Assembly: GCA_041577935.1 (NCBI GenBank) | Contig: JBFGIA010000001.1 | Coordinates: 1-58,725 of the forward strand | Reading direction: 5' to 3' | Length of the DNA stretch: 58,725 bases | Source of the DNA: Gemmatimonadota bacterium | GTDB taxonomy: Bacteria; Gemmatimonadota; Gemmatimonadetes; JACCXV01; JAHWKZ01 | Shown here: positions 45,954 through 55,826 of the stretch, piece by piece | How positions within the stretch are numbered: position 1 is the stretch's first letter | How the letters are laid out: each line of letters opens with the position of its first letter | Translations under genes and position numbers: made by a program | The notes under the pieces: generated by a model | What the model was told of the DNA's origin: nothing | Database searches by the model: none | Seen by the model: the letters and a program-made list of their open reading frames with translations, nothing else

Positions 45954-46459
45954 GCCGACGACCCACATTCTTCCCAGCTCACCGGGCTCGACTCGTCTTC
46001 GACCGACCCTGGGGGCGGGAAACTCGACTTGAAAGTAAACGCCGCAGGAGACGGACCCCGCGACCAGAGCGACTCGAACTTTTGCTCCGCTTCCCGAACG
46101 GTCGGGATGTGTCCCTCCGGCACCCACCACAAAACGATGAACGGCTTGTCAAACCGTTCGAACCACTGTTTTCGGTCCCGCAACGGAACCCGGTGGTCGC
46201 TGCGATAGACGTAACTGTGCAGATCTTCGATAGACTCCCATACCGACATGTTGAACAGCAGTGTGTCGTCATCAAAGACCTCTACCGCCGTGGCATCGCC
46301 CTCGTCGGTCTGCAGCCGCCAAACGAACCCCGGACTGCGATCGGCAACCGAGTTGATGTAGTCAAGCTGCGCCACGAACCCTGCCATTACCGGGCTATCG
46401 ATCGGTCCGCGCATGCGACCGATGTTGGCTTGCGCCAGATGAAACTCGGATTTGGACAC
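45950..46459 (-). CDS. DUF3291-family protein
   Basis: FHLAQANIGRMRGPIDSPVMAGFVAQLDYINSVADRSPGFVWRLQ...NMSVWESIEDLHSYVYRSDH...LWWVPEGHIPTVREA. GTG at 46459 is preceded by AAGGAG. Confidence 0.7.
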   Translation of the reverse strand: MSKSEFHLAQANIGRMRGPIDSPVMAGFVAQLDYINSVADRSPGFVWRLQTDEGDATAVEVFDDDTLLFNMSVWESIEDLHSYVYRSDHRVPLRDRKQWFERFDKPFIVLWWVPEGHIPTVREAEQKFESLWSRGPSPAAFTFKSSFPPPGSVEDESSPVSWEECGSSA

Positions 46460-46476
46460 CCGATGCTCCTTTCGAG

Positions 46477-48075
46477 TCAGGCGGGAAAGTCGAGCTGACT
46501 GACCGCTTGAACCCCTTCGATTGCCGAAAGCGCTTCCAGAGTACCAACCGATGCCGGGCTGTCGAGGTTGATAAACGCGAGCGCGGTCTCGCCCGGAGCG
46601 GTGCGACCCAGACGCCACTCGGCGATGTTGACCTGCGCTTCCCCGAGGAGTGTGCCAACCCGCCCGATGACGCCGGGGACGTCACGATTCCAAACCAGCA
46701 AGACCATACCCACCGGCGGCGCGTCCAAGTGGTACCCATCGATTTCGACCGCTCGCGGGTGGGAATGAAACAACGTTCCGGCGACCGATCGTTCGCCGAC
46801 ATCCGTCTCCACTCGGCAGCCGAGAAGGTTGCTGTATTCGGCGGCCGAGGCGCGACGACTGCGGGTGACCTCGATCCCTCTGTCGGCGGCCAGATGGGGG
46901 GCGTTGATGTAGTTGACCGACCCCGCCGAGATAGGCGTCAGGAGCCCCTTGAGGAGGGCTGTCGAGAGCGGCTGCGCGTGGGGCGCGACCTCGCTCCCCC
47001 GAGCCTCGACCCCGACCCGCTGCAGGCGACCGTCGGCGAGCTTACCGACGAGCCGTCCCAAGCGCTCGGCCAGATCGAGCCACGGCCGGAGTTCGCTCCA
47101 TCCACCGGTGTCGACAAACGGCAGGTTGACCGCGTTGCGGTACTCTTCGTCGCGGAGCGCGGCCAGAACCTGGTCGACGATCTGAACTGAAACATCGCGC
47201 TGAGCCTCCTCGGTCGCGGCGCCGAGGTGTGGTGTCAAGACAACGTCGTCGCGACCGAGCAGCGGGCTCTCCACCGGTGGCTCGCTGACAAAGACGTCGA
47301 TCGCCGCGCCGGCTAGCAGGCCACTGTCGAGCGCAGCAACGAGAGCTGTTTCGTCGATCAGTTCACCCCGCGCACAATTAATCAACCGCGCGCCACGCTT
47401 CACCCGCGCCAACTCACGTGCGCCAAGCAAGCCTTGTGTTTCAGGTGTTAGCGGCGCGTGTAGCGAGACGAAGTCGGACTCGGGCAGCAGCTGGTCCAGC
47501 TCGAGCAGCTCCACGTTTAGCTCCCGCGCCGCATCGATCGCTAAGTACGGATCGTACGCAAGCACGTGCATCCCGAAAGCGTGCGCGCGTTGAGCGACGA
47601 GTCGGCCAACACGTCCCAACCCGACGACTCCGATCGTTTTGCCATCAAGCTGGATGCCGGTATACCGGCCGCGATCCCATCCCCCGCTTTGCACATTCGC
47701 GTTGGCTGTCGGGACTTTGCGGCACAACGCCAATAGCAGCGCAAACGTGTGCTCAGCAGTGGCGGTCGCGTTGGCGCCCGGCGTGTTCATGACGAGCACG
47801 CCGCGGCGACTTGCATGGTCGATATCGACATTATCGAGACCGACGCCGGCGCGACCGACAACGCGCAGCTCCAGCCCCCGATCGATCACCTCGGCATCGA
47901 CCTGCGTCGAGCTGCGAACGATCATCGCCTCACACTCGGGGAGGACCTCGAGCATCGCGCTGCGGTCTAGCGGGGCTTTGGCAGCCACCTCCGCGTCAAC
48001 CGCCGACTCCAGCCGCTCGAGACCCGCGTCGGAGAGCGGGTCAGCTACGAGAATGCGGAACTTGTGTTGGCTCAA
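46477..48075 (-). CDS. serA: D-3-phosphoglycerate dehydrogenase (long form with ACT domain)
   Basis: 532 aa. NAD-binding GVVGLGRVGRLVA, catalytic region, and a C-terminal ASB+ACT domain. Confidence 0.95.
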   Translation of the reverse strand: MSQHKFRILVADPLSDAGLERLESAVDAEVAAKAPLDRSAMLEVLPECEAMIVRSSTQVDAEVIDRGLELRVVGRAGVGLDNVDIDHASRRGVLVMNTPGANATATAEHTFALLLALCRKVPTANANVQSGGWDRGRYTGIQLDGKTIGVVGLGRVGRLVAQRAHAFGMHVLAYDPYLAIDAARELNVELLELDQLLPESDFVSLHAPLTPETQGLLGARELARVKRGARLINCARGELIDETALVAALDSGLLAGAAIDVFVSEPPVESPLLGRDDVVLTPHLGAATEEAQRDVSVQIVDQVLAALRDEEYRNAVNLPFVDTGGWSELRPWLDLAERLGRLVGKLADGRLQRVGVEARGSEVAPHAQPLSTALLKGLLTPISAGSVNYINAPHLAADRGIEVTRSRRASAAEYSNLLGCRVETDVGERSVAGTLFHSHPRAVEIDGYHLDAPPVGMVLLVWNRDVPGVIGRVGTLLGEAQVNIAEWRLGRTAPGETALAFINLDSPASVGTLEALSAIEGVQAVSQLDFPA

Positions 48076-49151
48076 GTCTCGAGGAAGGCATCGATCGTAG
48101 CGGTCAGGGTCTCGATCTCCGACACCGTGTGGTCACCCATGTGGCCGATCCGGAATGTCCGGTCTCGAAGTTTCGCGTACCCGTTCGACACGATCATATC
48201 CACGTGCTCGGCCAAGTATCGGTTCATTGCGTCGATTTCAATCGAACGCGTGTTGACGACCGCGGTGACCGTGTCGGATCGATACGGTTCGGGCGCCAGA
48301 ATGTCGAACCGCTCGAGCGACCATTCACGCACATGATCGGCCATCGCGGCGTGCCGATCGAACCGCGCTGCCAGACCTTCATCCAGAATCCTATCGAGCT
48401 GTCGGTCGAGCGCGTAGAGCAATGTGATCGCGGGCGTTGTCGGGGTTTGCCACTTCTCGAGATACCGCTGGAAAACGAGCCAATCGAAGTACCATCCCCG
48501 ATCGGGAATTGTGGCCGCGCGCGTGTGGGCGCGATCCGAAACGGCCGCAAACGACAGTCCCGGAGGCAGTGCCAAACACTTTTGACCGCCGGTCAGACAC
48601 ACATCGAGCCCCCAGCGATCAACCCCCACATCGATCCCGCCCATCGAGGACACGGTGTCGACCAGCACGAGCGCTTCGGGTGCCTTCTCGCGCACCGTCT
48701 CGGCAATGTCGCCAACCGGGTTGGTGACCCCGGTCGAGGTCTCGTTGTGAACGACCGTGATAGCATCGTAATCGGCCCGATCGAGGGCGTCGGCGACGAG
48801 GTCAGGGGTGATCGCCTCACCCCACTCGACCTCCAGTACGTCGCGCGGCTTGCCATTGGCCTCAACCACCTCCGCCCAGCGAGCGCTGAACGCCCCGTTC
48901 ACACAACACAGCGCGCGGCGGCCGATCGAGCTGCGGGCGGCAGCCTCGAACAAGCCGGTTGCCGACGAGGTCGAGATGTACACGTTCTTGGTGGTCTGGA
49001 AAACCTCTTGTAATCGCGGCTGGATCGATTCCAGTAAGGCGGAGATCTCGGGACCGCGATGACCGATCAGCCGTTCCGCTTGTGCGGCCAGGATCTCGGC
49101 GTGCACCTCGGTAGGTCCAGGTAGAAAAAGGCGAGCGGGCCGTGGTTCCAT
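48072..49151 (-). CDS. class V aminotransferase, probable phosphoserine aminotransferase by operon context
   Basis: LFLPGPTEV N-terminus, VHNETSTGV, and PLP-lysine region LTGGQKCLALPPGLS. It lies between the serB-like gene and serA. Confidence 0.85.
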   Translation of the reverse strand: MEPRPARLFLPGPTEVHAEILAAQAERLIGHRGPEISALLESIQPRLQEVFQTTKNVYISTSSATGLFEAAARSSIGRRALCCVNGAFSARWAEVVEANGKPRDVLEVEWGEAITPDLVADALDRADYDAITVVHNETSTGVTNPVGDIAETVREKAPEALVLVDTVSSMGGIDVGVDRWGLDVCLTGGQKCLALPPGLSFAAVSDRAHTRAATIPDRGWYFDWLVFQRYLEKWQTPTTPAITLLYALDRQLDRILDEGLAARFDRHAAMADHVREWSLERFDILAPEPYRSDTVTAVVNTRSIEIDAMNRYLAEHVDMIVSNGYAKLRDRTFRIGHMGDHTVSEIETLTATIDAFLET

Positions 49152-49159
49152 GGTGCCGA

Positions 49160-49933
49160 TTATCGACCGACCAAAGGGCGCGGGCAACCACCGGTCGCGT
49201 CGCCGGCCTCGATCCATGTCAGGCCGCGGGCCCAGACGTCAGCGTGACCACTGGTCTCCAGCTTGGGGTGACCCGCCCGTCCCACGATCATCGGCACGAC
49301 TGGGGCCAAGCTGCGACAGTTGATCCACCCATCGGCGACAACCCGGACCGCGGGTTGAGATTTGACGCCACCGTAACCGATCAGACACCGGACTTCGGAA
49401 CGAGCCTCGGCGTCGGTCGCCCCATCGCCGACGAGAACGGCCGGTTCTCCAGCCCTGATCCGGGCGATGACCCTGGATTGTCCTCCCGCACGTGCCAGCG
49501 GGTTGGCGGCGGTTTCCGCCCACCGATCGTCTGTGTCCCAACGAACTGGCACCGCGACCACATGGTCTGCATCTACACCCAGCCAGACCGCGAATGGCAC
49601 CACCGCGTCCGCCAGCCCACCGCTCACCACCCAAACCGGATACCCACATGCTCGCAGTGCGGCGATCACTTCCGGGGCGTCCTCGATTACGTTTGCGACG
49701 TACGCTTCGGCCAACGCCGCCAGGTCGGCCGGTGTCGGATCAACTCGGCGGAGTCGTTCGGCGTACACTTCTTCAAGGGCGAGGTTACCGGCGACCGCGC
49801 CGGCGGTGAGACCTATCACCTCGGCGCCAACACCATTATGCTCGGCCAGCCAATCGATGCCTTCGACCGACGACAGCGTTGCGTCGCAGTCGAAAACGAC
49901 GATCAGCGGATCGGCTAGTTGCTGGTCCGAGAT
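49160..49933 (-). CDS. HAD-IB phosphoserine-phosphatase-like protein with no canonical start codon
   Basis: HAD motif I VVFDCDATL lies upstream of the first ATG/GTG/TTG (GTG 49819). The frame is open back to a TGA at 49934..49936. GGGAGGA lies 5 nt before the ATC at 49933, and a CTG is at 49906. Other motifs: VSGG and VGDGATDAEA. Confidence 0.6.
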   Translation of the reverse strand: MSDQQLADPLIVVFDCDATLSSVEGIDWLAEHNGVGAEVIGLTAGAVAGNLALEEVYAERLRRVDPTPADLAALAEAYVANVIEDAPEVIAALRACGYPVWVVSGGLADAVVPFAVWLGVDADHVVAVPVRWDTDDRWAETAANPLARAGGQSRVIARIRAGEPAVLVGDGATDAEARSEVRCLIGYGGVKSQPAVRVVADGWINCRSLAPVVPMIVGRAGHPKLETSGHADVWARGLTWIEAGDATGGCPRPLVGR

Positions 49934-49952
49934 TCAATCCTCCCTTGAAGGT

Positions 49953-51158
49953 TCATTCTGCGATCACGATCTCAGATGTCAGCGTGCGATGAACCGGGCA
50001 CCGACCGGCGATCTCCCGCAACCGCTGACGCTGGCCATCCGACAGCGAGCCCTGAAACTCGATGTCGACCGCGATCCTGTCGATCAGACCCTCTTTGGTC
50101 TCGCAATCGGCGCAATCCTCGGCATGCATCCGGTCGTGCGCGAGGCGGGCGATCGTTTTCGTCAGCGGCCAACCTTTTCGATCCGCGTACAGACGCGCAG
50201 TAATAGTCATGCAAGCGCCAAGCGCCGACAGCAGGAGCTCGTACGGGTTGGGACCCGTGTTGGTGCCACCCACGTCGAGCGGCTCATCGGCCGCGAGTCG
50301 ATGCGATGCGGTCTCGATCTCGACCGCGTACCCCGAACGACCGCCGCGCACTTCAACCGTTCCCAGGGGAACACGACCGGTGTGTTGATCCGAGGCCTCG
50401 GCGATCAGGTAACGCGCTGACCATACGGCGAGCAACCCGGCCACGAACCGAGCGTCACGAGGCTCACGCAGCAAGTGATCGGCGCCGTCCAGCGACACGA
50501 AACTCTTGGGATGCCGGGCCGCGTCGTAGATTCTTCGGGCGTGCTCGATCGCAACCGTCTCATCGGTCGGTGAATGAAGCACCAGCAAAGGCACCCCGAG
50601 CCCATCCAGCCGTTGCTCCACGTCCTGTGCCTCGAGATCCTCTAGGAATCGCCGCTTGATGGTGAACTTCCGGCCTTCGAGCTCGATTTCGGCCTCGTCT
50701 GCGGACGCCAACTCGGGCGCGCCTTGAATCAAGGATGCCCGCAGGTGTCTGGTATCGCTCGGTGCGCCGATCGTCGCGACCGCTTTGGCTTCCGGAATTT
50801 TGGCCGCAGCCAGAAGCACCGCAGCGCCGCCAAGGCTATGACCGATCAGGAGCCCTGGCGCTCGGTACTCGCGCCGCAAGTAGTTGGCGGCAGCCACCAG
50901 GTCGTCGACGTTGGATGAAAAGTCAGAGTTGGCGAACTCTCCCTCGCTCTCGCCCAAACCGGTAAAGTCGAATCGCAACACCGCCAACCCTTCGTCGCAC
51001 AACGCGCGGCTGATCTCTCGCACCGCGCGAAGATCCTTGGAGCAGGTAAAGCAATGGGCGAACAACGCGTAGGCGATCGGTTCGCCGGTCGGACGTTCGA
51101 GCCGCGCGGCGAGCTGCGCCGATAGTGCGCCTGGAAACGTCAGCTTCTCGGTCGGCAT
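49953..51158 (-). CDS. bifunctional alpha/beta hydrolase / OsmC-family fusion protein
   Basis: N-terminal hydrolase with GHSLGGAAVL. C-terminal OsmC/Ohr domain GGTNTGPNPYELLLSALGACMTIT ... GRCPVHRTL. Confidence 0.85.
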   Translation of the reverse strand: MPTEKLTFPGALSAQLAARLERPTGEPIAYALFAHCFTCSKDLRAVREISRALCDEGLAVLRFDFTGLGESEGEFANSDFSSNVDDLVAAANYLRREYRAPGLLIGHSLGGAAVLLAAAKIPEAKAVATIGAPSDTRHLRASLIQGAPELASADEAEIELEGRKFTIKRRFLEDLEAQDVEQRLDGLGVPLLVLHSPTDETVAIEHARRIYDAARHPKSFVSLDGADHLLREPRDARFVAGLLAVWSARYLIAEASDQHTGRVPLGTVEVRGGRSGYAVEIETASHRLAADEPLDVGGTNTGPNPYELLLSALGACMTITARLYADRKGWPLTKTIARLAHDRMHAEDCADCETKEGLIDRIAVDIEFQGSLSDGQRQRLREIAGRCPVHRTLTSEIVIAE

Positions 51159-51285
51159 GCCCAGAAGCTACTCGCTCGCACAGCGCCGTCCCGTAGAACG
51201 CATGACGTCCGACCGCCATGCGACGATATTGATGGCTCCAATCAACCGATCTTCGATGTCGTTCAATTCAAGCAAGGAGTGCCGC

Positions 51286-53229
51286 ATGGGCCGCCGTCTC
51301 GTCCTCCTCGCCCTGTTCTCACTCGGGCTGGTCCCTTCGATCACTGCCCAGGAGGCCAGCATCGCCCGGATTGAGATCTCCCCCGACACGCTGCGGTTGA
51401 GGGTCGGCGAGCGGGCGGTACTCGACCTGGCGGCGTTCGATAGTGACGGAAACCCGGTCGCGCCACCCATCGTGGGCTGGTTTGCCGGTTGGGAGAACAC
51501 CCGCATCGACCAACGCGGGAACATCGAGGCGGTCAACGTGGGCGAGACGGTGGCTGGCGCTGTTGCAGAAGACGCCACAGACGCCGATGGTCAGCGGCTA
51601 ATCGATCGGATCGTCGTCATCGTCGATCCTGGTGACCCGGCGGAGATCCGCATGACCGCCCCCGAGTTTCCGTTGCCGGCTGGCTCAGTCGTCAGTGTCA
51701 AAGCCGTTGCCGTCGACGCGACCGGCAACGAGCTGTGGACTCACCCTGTCACCCTTGAGTCGAGCAATACGAGCGTCGTTCAAGCCACCGGACACACGTT
51801 GAGCCTTCTCCAGCCCGGCACCGCGACGCTGATGGCCAAAGCCGGAAACACCGCCCGCGAGCTCGAGGTCACCGTGACCAAAACGGGCGGCGGGCCACTG
51901 ACGCTCGAGGCAGAACGCTCGCGCGTCCGCACCGGCGAGGCGGTCAAAGTCACGCTGACCGCCGGCAACAGCGAGATCGAGTATCCCCGCTGGTGGGTAA
52001 GCCCCAGCGGGGCCTCTATCGAAGCCGACAACTACTTCGTCGCCGATCAGCCCGGGACCTACCAAGTCGCCGCCACGCTGGGTGATCGGAACGTCACCAC
52101 GACGATCGAGGTCGAACCCCGCGGTCTCAAGGGCGGCTGGCTAAAGGTCGGCCACGTCGCGTCGCCGACCCGCACCGCCGACTTGTGGGTGTTCGAGGGG
52201 CAAGACGGACGCGACTACGCATACTTCGGATCGTTTGGCGCTCAGATGCGCGCCTATGACGTTACCGATCCGGCGAACCCGGTCTTTACCGACTCGGTGG
52301 TCGTGTCTGGGCGTCGCGTGAACGACGTCAAAGTCAACGCTGACGCTTCAATCGCGGTCATCACGCTCGAGAACGATCCGACTCGCAAGAACGGCATCGT
52401 GACGCTCGACATCAGCGACCCAGCGCACCCCGAGATCCTGACCCATTTCTACGATGGCCTGACCGGCGGCATTCACAACACTTATCTGGTCGGCGATCTG
52501 GTGTACGCGATCAACGACGGCACGCGTGACGTGCACATCCTCGACATCTCTGACCCCGTGAATCCCAAGCAGGTGGGGCGCTGGGGGCTCGACACAAAGC
52601 GCAAAGCACTGCACGATATCTGGATCGCTGATGGATTGGCGTACCTATCGTATTGGGACGATGGGCTGGTCATCATCGATGTCGGCAAGGGGATCGCCGG
52701 CGGCACACCAACGAAACCGCAGTTCGTAAGCCGCATCAACTACCCGAGTGGGAACACCCACGTGGCATGGCCATGGAAGAATTACGTCTTCCTCGGCGAT
52801 GAGATCTTCCCCAGTCGCTACAGCCCGGACGCGCCGCGCGATCCGCGCGGATTCATGCACGTGATCGACGTCGCAGACCCGTTCAACCCACGTGAGGTCG
52901 GCAAGTACGAGGTGCCCGAGGGCGGCGTCCACAACTTCTGGGTGCACGAAGACATCCTATACGTCGGCTACTATCAGCGCGGATTGCGAGCGATCGACCT
53001 CTCCGATGGACCGCTGCGCGGTGATCTCTACCGGCAAGGCCGTGAGATCGACTACTTCATGACCGAGACTAGCGATCCGGAGAAAGCGTACGATCCAAGC
53101 CAGGTGAACCGGACCAATGTGTGGGGCGCGATGTGGCACAAGGGCCATGTGTACGCGATCGATACCAACTCCGGACTGTGGATCATGAAGCTCGACCTGC
53201 CCGAAGAGGAGGAGATCGCGCTGCGATGA
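51286..53229 (+). CDS. secreted protein with Ig-like (Big_2-type) domains and LVIVD-repeat beta-propeller
   Basis: AAGGAG then the ATG at 51286. Signal peptide MGRRLVLLALFSLGLVPSITAQ. GLVIIDVGKG, VHILDISDP and LRAIDLSD repeats. Confidence 0.65.
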   Translation: MGRRLVLLALFSLGLVPSITAQEASIARIEISPDTLRLRVGERAVLDLAAFDSDGNPVAPPIVGWFAGWENTRIDQRGNIEAVNVGETVAGAVAEDATDADGQRLIDRIVVIVDPGDPAEIRMTAPEFPLPAGSVVSVKAVAVDATGNELWTHPVTLESSNTSVVQATGHTLSLLQPGTATLMAKAGNTARELEVTVTKTGGGPLTLEAERSRVRTGEAVKVTLTAGNSEIEYPRWWVSPSGASIEADNYFVADQPGTYQVAATLGDRNVTTTIEVEPRGLKGGWLKVGHVASPTRTADLWVFEGQDGRDYAYFGSFGAQMRAYDVTDPANPVFTDSVVVSGRRVNDVKVNADASIAVITLENDPTRKNGIVTLDISDPAHPEILTHFYDGLTGGIHNTYLVGDLVYAINDGTRDVHILDISDPVNPKQVGRWGLDTKRKALHDIWIADGLAYLSYWDDGLVIIDVGKGIAGGTPTKPQFVSRINYPSGNTHVAWPWKNYVFLGDEIFPSRYSPDAPRDPRGFMHVIDVADPFNPREVGKYEVPEGGVHNFWVHEDILYVGYYQRGLRAIDLSDGPLRGDLYRQGREIDYFMTETSDPEKAYDPSQVNRTNVWGAMWHKGHVYAIDTNSGLWIMKLDLPEEEEIALR

Positions 53230-53232
53230 GCC

Positions 53233-54081
53233 CTATTTGTCGAGGTCGAACGCGTCAAACGTGAAGGTCACGCCAAACGTCAGGCCGAACTCAGGGTCGT
53301 CGTCCCCTAGCCCGATGATCGTGGCACCGTCAAAGCGGATCGGGTCGGCGCGATAGCGAGCCCCAACTCGAAGTTCCGCTCGATCTTCCGTACCGGGCGG
53401 CGGCGGGCCCTTGAGGTCAATGCGGCCACCGACCTCGGCTACGAGATCGATTGTGGGAGTGGCGCGTTGTGTAATCGAAAGGGCAGCCGTCAACACATCG
53501 TTCTGACGTGCCGCCTCGGTGGGCATCGCGAGCACCGCTGCACCCACGTTCCCGACGATTCGGGTACGGCCAAGGGTCTTCCCGGCAAGCAAGGTGACAA
53601 ACCAATCAAAGGTGTCGTTCCCGAGCCCGCTTTCGTTGCTGGCCGATGGCAGTCGCGTAGCGACACGAAAACCGATCGCTGGGCTACGCCGCGTTTCGTG
53701 TTGCAACAGGATTTTGGTCGCGATCACCGGATCTTTGATATCGGTCGTCGTGTCGCCGGTGAAGTCGACTTTCTCCGAAAGCGGTGCCTCTGTCGCCGAG
53801 TCGACGAACAACAGGGTGAGCCCCGAGTCAACCTGGAATTCGGCGATCGAGCTGAGCCCAACGCTGAAACCTAAATACGGGATCTGCAGGAAATCCCCCT
53901 CTAAGCCAGAAAGCGGGAACTTGGCCCGATGCTCATAACCGACACCCGTCTCGACCAGGATCTGACCGGGACGAATCGGCTGCGGATCCTCGGTCAGAAG
54001 TGGTCGATGCTGAGCTTTCGCGGTTCGATCACCGACCAGCAAAAGCATCATCACCAAGAGCGTGAAGTGGCGTGAGCGCAC
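53233..54081 (-). CDS. outer-membrane beta-barrel protein (MetA-pathway/transporter-like family)
   Basis: Signal peptide ...[12 protein letters not shown], alternating amphipathic beta strands, and a C-terminal aromatic residue. The start (GTG 54081) is uncertain. Confidence 0.5.
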   Translation of the reverse strand: MRSRHFTLLVMMLLLVGDRTAKAQHRPLLTEDPQPIRPGQILVETGVGYEHRAKFPLSGLEGDFLQIPYLGFSVGLSSIAEFQVDSGLTLLFVDSATEAPLSEKVDFTGDTTTDIKDPVIATKILLQHETRRSPAIGFRVATRLPSASNESGLGNDTFDWFVTLLAGKTLGRTRIVGNVGAAVLAMPTEAARQNDVLTAALSITQRATPTIDLVAEVGGRIDLKGPPPPGTEDRAELRVGARYRADPIRFDGATIIGLGDDDPEFGLTFGVTFTFDAFDLDK

Positions 54082-54144
54082 GAACCGCAAACTAGAAACC
54101 CTCGTCGACACCGCAACGACGGGGTCGATAACGTTGAGACTACG

Positions 54145-55785
54145 GTGAACGAGAAAACAGCCTCCCTGACGCGACTCCCTGAGTGGCGTGCGCTCGAAAC
54201 CCACCTGACCCGGATCGGGCAGCTCCACCTGCGAACGCTGTTTGCCGAGGATCCGACCCGCGGCGACGAACTGGCCTGCGAAGCCGCAGGACTGTACCTC
54301 GACTACTCCAAGAACCGCGTCACAAGGGAAACTCTGCGGCTGCTGCTTGAGCTCGCCGATTCGGCTGCACTAACGGAACGAATCAGCGCGATGTTCCGTG
54401 GCGAGCGGATCAATACGACCGAGGAGCGGGCCGTCCTTCACGTCGCTCTTCGCGCGCCTCGCGACGCATCCATCGTCGTCGACGGCGAGAACGTGGTCCC
54501 CAAGGTCCACGCCGTGATCGACCAGATGGCTGCGTTCGCCAACCAGGTCCGGGACCGAGGCTGGCACGGTCACACCGGGAAACCGATCCGGAACATCGTC
54601 AACATTGGGATCGGTGGCTCGAGCCTGGGTCCGGTCATGGCCTACGAAGCATTGCGATACTACAGCGACCGCGACCTCAAGCATCGATTCGTGTCCAATG
54701 TCGACGCCACCGACTTCGCCGAGGCCGTGCGCGACCTCGACCCGGCCGAGACGCTGTTCATCGTTGCATCCAAGAGCTTCACTACGCTCGAGACGCTCAC
54801 CAACGCCAAGATGGCGCGAGCATGGGTCCTCGACGCGCTCGGCGATCAAAGTGCCGTGGCGCATCACTTCGTGGCGCTTTCGACCAACGCTCAAGAGGTA
54901 CGTCGATTCGGAATCGACACTGATAACATGTTCGGTTTCTGGGATTGGGTCGGTGGACGGTACTCGATCGACTCGGCGATCGGATTGTCGCTCATGATCG
55001 CCATTGGCCCCGAGCAGTTCGCCCAGTTCCTGGCTGGCTTTCGGGCCATGGACGACCATTTCCGGAGCGCTCCGCTCGACCGCAACCTGCCTGTTCTCCT
55101 CGCGCTGCTGGGCATCTGGTACAACGACTTCTTCGGTTCCGAGTCGTACGCCGTGCTGCCCTACGATACGTATCTGGCCCGGCTGCCGGCTTACCTGCAG
55201 CAACTCGACATGGAAAGCAACGGCAAACGAGTCGACCGCGACGGCGCGCGGGTCGACTATCAAACCGGGCCGATCGTCTGGGGCGAGCCCGGAACCGATG
55301 GACAACACGCGTTCTACCAGCTGATCCACCAGGGCACAAAGCTCGTGCCCTGTGATCTGATCGGCTTTCTCGAGCCGCTGAACCCAAGCGGTCGACACCA
55401 CGACCTCTTGATCGCCAACCTGTTGGCCCAGGCTGAAGCGCTGGCGTTCGGTAAGACAGCTGACGAGGTCGCCGCCGAGGGCGTCCCAGAATCCCTGGTT
55501 CCGCACCGCACTTTCCCCGGTAACCGACCCACCAACGTGATCTTCGGCGCGCGGCTCTCCCCGCTCACGTTGGGCGCGTTGATCGCGCTCTACGAGCACA
55601 AAGTCTTTGTGCAGGGCTCGATTTGGCGCATCAACTCGTTCGACCAGTGGGGTGTGGAGCTCGGGAAAATATTGGCCGAGAATATCGCCGCCGAGATCGA
55701 GGATCCGAGCGAACCGACACTCGGCCATGACAGCTCGACCAATGCGTTGATTCGCCGCTACCGGGCGATGAGAAAGCCGAGCTAG
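54145..55785 (+). CDS. pgi: glucose-6-phosphate isomerase
   Basis: [29 protein letters not shown], and ESNGKRVD motifs. 546 aa. Confidence 0.95.
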   Translation: MNEKTASLTRLPEWRALETHLTRIGQLHLRTLFAEDPTRGDELACEAAGLYLDYSKNRVTRETLRLLLELADSAALTERISAMFRGERINTTEERAVLHVALRAPRDASIVVDGENVVPKVHAVIDQMAAFANQVRDRGWHGHTGKPIRNIVNIGIGGSSLGPVMAYEALRYYSDRDLKHRFVSNVDATDFAEAVRDLDPAETLFIVASKSFTTLETLTNAKMARAWVLDALGDQSAVAHHFVALSTNAQEVRRFGIDTDNMFGFWDWVGGRYSIDSAIGLSLMIAIGPEQFAQFLAGFRAMDDHFRSAPLDRNLPVLLALLGIWYNDFFGSESYAVLPYDTYLARLPAYLQQLDMESNGKRVDRDGARVDYQTGPIVWGEPGTDGQHAFYQLIHQGTKLVPCDLIGFLEPLNPSGRHHDLLIANLLAQAEALAFGKTADEVAAEGVPESLVPHRTFPGNRPTNVIFGARLSPLTLGALIALYEHKVFVQGSIWRINSFDQWGVELGKILAENIAAEIEDPSEPTLGHDSSTNALIRRYRAMRKPS

Positions 55786-55826
55786 CGCAGCTCGCAGCGT
55801 TTTCCAGAGATGCTATCTTCCGCCCC

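Noticed and set aside
54370-55728. Long antisense ORFs opposite recognised genes. Examples: 54370..55728 vs pgi, 34227..35273 vs nrdJ, 38087..39502 vs the antiporter, 47811..49013 vs serA/serC, 15069..16058 vs the ECF-operon membrane protein, 3422..4141 vs NfeD, 41317..42147 vs metX
   Set aside because: All overlap genes with clear family signatures, are dominated by R/P/G/A/D, and lack any motif. This is typical of stop-poor antisense frames in high-GC DNA.
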